Assembly (NCBI GenBank): GCA_963666215.2
Contig: CAXWPL010000001.1
Coordinates: 672,001-736,000 of the forward strand
DNA: 64,000 nucleotides
Source: Acidobacteriota bacterium
GTDB taxonomy: Bacteria; Acidobacteriota; UBA890; WLXD01
Reading direction: 5' to 3'
Numbering within the stretch: the first letter of the stretch is position 1; each line of letters opens with the position of its first letter. Made by a program: the position numbers and the translations under genes. The notes under the pieces are model-generated. The model was not told the DNA's origin. It worked only from the letters and a program-made list of their open reading frames with translations, and searched no databases. Shown here in pieces: positions 61,067 to 64,000 of this stretch.

Positions 61067-62065
61067 CTAGTAGACGTCGAGGTCTTGGCCGGAGACGGTG
61101 GCACCGTCGTAGCGGCTTGCGACTTCTTCGAGCAACCCGGATTCGGTCGTTCCCCAGAACAACTGGTGGTACAGAACCAGTAGACGTGGCCTTGCGCGCG
61201 CCGCAATTTCGCCGAGCTCGGTAGCCGAGGTGTGGAAGCTCGAGTGATATCGCTGCCACTCCGGCGGCCGAGCGGCGAACCCGGCGTCGCTGTAGACCTC
61301 GTGAACGAGCATGTCGCAGCCGTTGCAGTACTCGACGATCGCCTCGCTCGGGCTCGTGTCGCCGGAGATTACGAAGGTGCGGTCGGCGGTGCGAAAACGA
61401 AATCCGAAAGCGTGATCCCACGAGCCGTGCGGCACGCGGAAGGCGTCTACCGACACGTTGTCGTCGCGGTAGATCTCGCTGATCGGGCGACTCTCGTCGA
61501 TGCCACGGATCTCATGGACAACATTCGAATGTCCGGTGTCGTTCGCCGGCTGACTGCCGTCCAGACGCAGGCGGATATCGACGGTGTACGCCGCAGTCAG
61601 ATGCTCCATCATCGACGCGATGCCGGGCGGGCCGTAGACCTCCAGAGGCGCCTCACGGTCGTCGGCCGTCCAGGGCGACAGCAGCAGATCGGGCAGGCCG
61701 AGGGTGTGGTCGGAGTGCAGGTGGGTGATGAAGACACGCTGGAGCTGCGAGTTATGCAGGCCGTCGACGCCACGCTCCGCGGCCGCGGCCGCGCGTCGGA
61801 CGATGCCGGGTCCAGCATCAACCAGATACGACTCACCGCCGACAATCACGGCCACCGCCGGGCCCGATCGCGCCGGGTCGGAGTTGGGTGTGCCGGTGCC
61901 GAGAAGCACCAGCCGAGCCGTACTTGGTGCGGCCGGAGCGCTCTGGCCGCATCCAAGGACCGCTAGCACGGCGGCCACGACGCATACACGGACGGACGGT
62001 CGACGCGGACCGGGTTCTTCTCCGTTGATCTGGCGCACGACCCCGACCACTGCTCGCATAGACAA
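61067..62065 (-). CDS. RNase Z/arylsulfatase-like MBL-fold hydrolase with a probable lipoprotein signal
   Basis: LLGTGTP, THLHSDH, ISGDT, LVHEV, LVLYH; lipobox AVLGC. Confidence 0.85.
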   Translation of the reverse strand: MSMRAVVGVVRQINGEEPGPRRPSVRVCVVAAVLAVLGCGQSAPAAPSTARLVLLGTGTPNSDPARSGPAVAVIVGGESYLVDAGPGIVRRAAAAAERGVDGLHNSQLQRVFITHLHSDHTLGLPDLLLSPWTADDREAPLEVYGPPGIASMMEHLTAAYTVDIRLRLDGSQPANDTGHSNVVHEIRGIDESRPISEIYRDDNVSVDAFRVPHGSWDHAFGFRFRTADRTFVISGDTSPSEAIVEYCNGCDMLVHEVYSDAGFAARPPEWQRYHSSFHTSATELGEIAARARPRLLVLYHQLFWGTTESGLLEEVASRYDGATVSGQDLDVY

Positions 62066-62067
62066 CC

Positions 62068-63774
62068 TCAGACCTCGATCTCACTTCCGACCGTCAGCAC
62101 CCAGCGGCTCCTGCCGGTCACTTCCGACAGCCCGTAGGCCAGGTCGAGGCGGAAGGTGGGCTGGTTCGTCACCAATCGGTTGCGGGCAACAAGCAGGCCG
62201 GCGCCGACGTTGGTGCGTAGGTCTCCGAGCGCTAACGACTGACCGCCGGGCCAAGCGTATCCAGAATCCACGAATACCGCGGCGCCAAGCGACAGCACCT
62301 GGATGAACTCGTCGACGAAGAACCAGCGGTCCTCGAGGGTCAGGAGCATCGAACGGTCGCCCACCCATTGGTGCACGGCGTAGCCGCGCAGCCCGTTGTG
62401 GGCACCCAAGGTGATCTGACGCTCTGGGTCGAGCCGAGATCCGTGTTCGAGCACGGCCTTCGCAACGAGCAGGTTGCGCGCTGCGAGCCGATCGACGTAC
62501 GAGAGCCTGGCGCTCAGGAGGCTGTTTTGCAGTTCATCGTCGCGCTGCCGCGCGCTCCATGACACCTGTCCACGCACGAACCTGGCGGGGCGGAGAAGCA
62601 CGCCGCCGCTGTGAGAGAGTCGAAAGAACAGGCTCGTACCGCGCTCGCCCCCGAGCCAGTCGGTCGAGACGCCGAGCGAGGCACGCGTTTCGGAGCCCAG
62701 GTTGAAGTCTTCGGCCACTTCGAAACGATTGACGTGGGTGAGCTTGACGAAGCGGTGCTCGACTCGGGAGAGGCCAACCTCGAGGATGCCGAAGTCTCGC
62801 AAGTCGCCGGCGACCTCATCGCGTCGCCTCCGATAGGCCGTGTGGAGCCTTATGGCGGAGCTTTCGCCGTGGCCAACGGCTCGCGCGTACTCCAGGTCGT
62901 ACCAATCGCGGGCGTGCGCAAGCCCGCCAACCCGATCCGCCGACTCGTAGAGCGGGTCGATTTGCTCCCAGCTCTCGGCGCGCGCGGCCATGCTCCAGGT
63001 TGCGTCCAGCGCGTAAAAGGGGCGTTCCAACCTGAGTGCCACCCGGTTGCCGTCGGAGCGATTACCATAGGCCGCCGCCAAACGGAAACGCGACCCGCCG
63101 AGTCGTGGGTCGCCGTAGGTCAGGCCGGTCTCGTTGCGCTCCAGGTCTTGACGCCGAAAGACATTGATCTCTTTGCCGAGACCGGCGAGGTTCTTTTCGG
63201 TGAATCCCAGGGTCCACAGCGTGCGATCGCCGACGCTACCGAACTGGATTTCCGGAGAGGTTGTCCAGTTGTCCCAGGTGGTCACACGCACATGGACGCC
63301 ACCAGGCGGGCCGGCATCTCCAATGGCGGCTGCCGCGGCGGTTTTCTCGACTCGCGCGTCGCGCAGAAACGGAAGCGCACGCAGGTTGCGCTCAGTTTGC
63401 GCAAGGTGTTCGGCGTCGACTCGATCGCCCACGGCAAACAGCAGTTCCCGACGGACGACATGCTCGCGCGTCTGGACGTGCAATTTGTTCGCGAACTTGC
63501 GACCGCCGCGCGCTCTGCCGCCGGCCTCGTCGAACACGTCGTGCCGCACGATCTCGACCGAGACGATCGTGTCGGCCTGCTCGAGTGTCTCGAGACTCTC
63601 CACCAATTCGCCCGTCGCTGAGTCGCCTCGAGCCGAGCTCGGGGGCGCGGCTTCCACAGCTTGGCGCGTTGCGGCGGCCGCCACAGAAGGGGCGACAAAC
63701 CCAACGACCGCGACGAGCGCCAGTGGGATGACTGCGAGCCGAGCGAGTTGGGTGCCTTGCGGGCGACTGCTCAC
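62068..63774 (-). CDS. Omp85/TamA-like outer-membrane protein with a POTRA domain
   Basis: TREHVVRRELLF, ERNLRALPFL, EKNLAGLG, GLRGY, VFVDSGYAW, RLDLAY. Confidence 0.85.
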   Translation of the reverse strand: MSSRPQGTQLARLAVIPLALVAVVGFVAPSVAAAATRQAVEAAPPSSARGDSATGELVESLETLEQADTIVSVEIVRHDVFDEAGGRARGGRKFANKLHVQTREHVVRRELLFAVGDRVDAEHLAQTERNLRALPFLRDARVEKTAAAAAIGDAGPPGGVHVRVTTWDNWTTSPEIQFGSVGDRTLWTLGFTEKNLAGLGKEINVFRRQDLERNETGLTYGDPRLGGSRFRLAAAYGNRSDGNRVALRLERPFYALDATWSMAARAESWEQIDPLYESADRVGGLAHARDWYDLEYARAVGHGESSAIRLHTAYRRRRDEVAGDLRDFGILEVGLSRVEHRFVKLTHVNRFEVAEDFNLGSETRASLGVSTDWLGGERGTSLFFRLSHSGGVLLRPARFVRGQVSWSARQRDDELQNSLLSARLSYVDRLAARNLLVAKAVLEHGSRLDPERQITLGAHNGLRGYAVHQWVGDRSMLLTLEDRWFFVDEFIQVLSLGAAVFVDSGYAWPGGQSLALGDLRTNVGAGLLVARNRLVTNQPTFRLDLAYGLSEVTGRSRWVLTVGSEIEV

Positions 63775-64000
63775 AGGACAGGGGACCGAGACATGCCGGC
63801 CACCCTATTGCACCCAGGAGTCCCACGCCAACGCCCGGCCAGCATCCAGAGGTCGAACGCCGACGGCCGGCCAATCCTCGTTCTGGACTCGCTCTCGCTG
63901 ATCTCGTCGATCTGGCGAATCTAAAGGCCGTCCAGGATCTCGACTGAAACGACCGTCTCGACACCCTGGAGACGGTGGCCGCGGTGGGTGTACCAGGTGC

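Noticed and set aside
63921-64000. Possible 3' end of a minus-strand gene (..TWYTHRGHRLQGVETVVSVEILDGL*)
   Set aside because: Too short at the window edge to support a call

Overview
GC-rich bacterial chromosomal window, most likely Acidobacteriota. This is inferred from two PadR + acidobacterial duplicated orphan permease pairs, two VWA-domain secreted proteins and several beta-propeller/TPR exported proteins. It carries about 50 genes: a tryptophan -> kynurenine -> anthranilate -> anthraniloyl-CoA catabolic cluster, a diaminopimelate operon, an IS256-family element, a Phd/VapC toxin-antitoxin pair, a haloalkane dehalogenase and many exported proteins. No rRNA, tRNA or CRISPR array was seen. 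About ten genes are broken: four single-G frameshifts in G runs, four in-frame TGA/TAG stops and two large deletions. The frameshifts and stops look partly like long-read consensus errors. The best candidates for undescribed biology are: (1) a two-gene operon of an exported dikinase with glucan-water-dikinase-like domain order plus an exported SxxK serine hydrolase; (2) a ~390-nt structured intergenic transcript containing a 14-codon ORF with two Shine-Dalgarno motifs; (3) a creatininase-family amidohydrolase where kynurenine formamidase is missing; (4) pervasive leaderless promoters, including one bidirectional -10 element; (5) an unnamed TPR + alpha/beta module present both standalone and fused to VWA. 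All family calls come from motif recognition by eye; no database searches were run.
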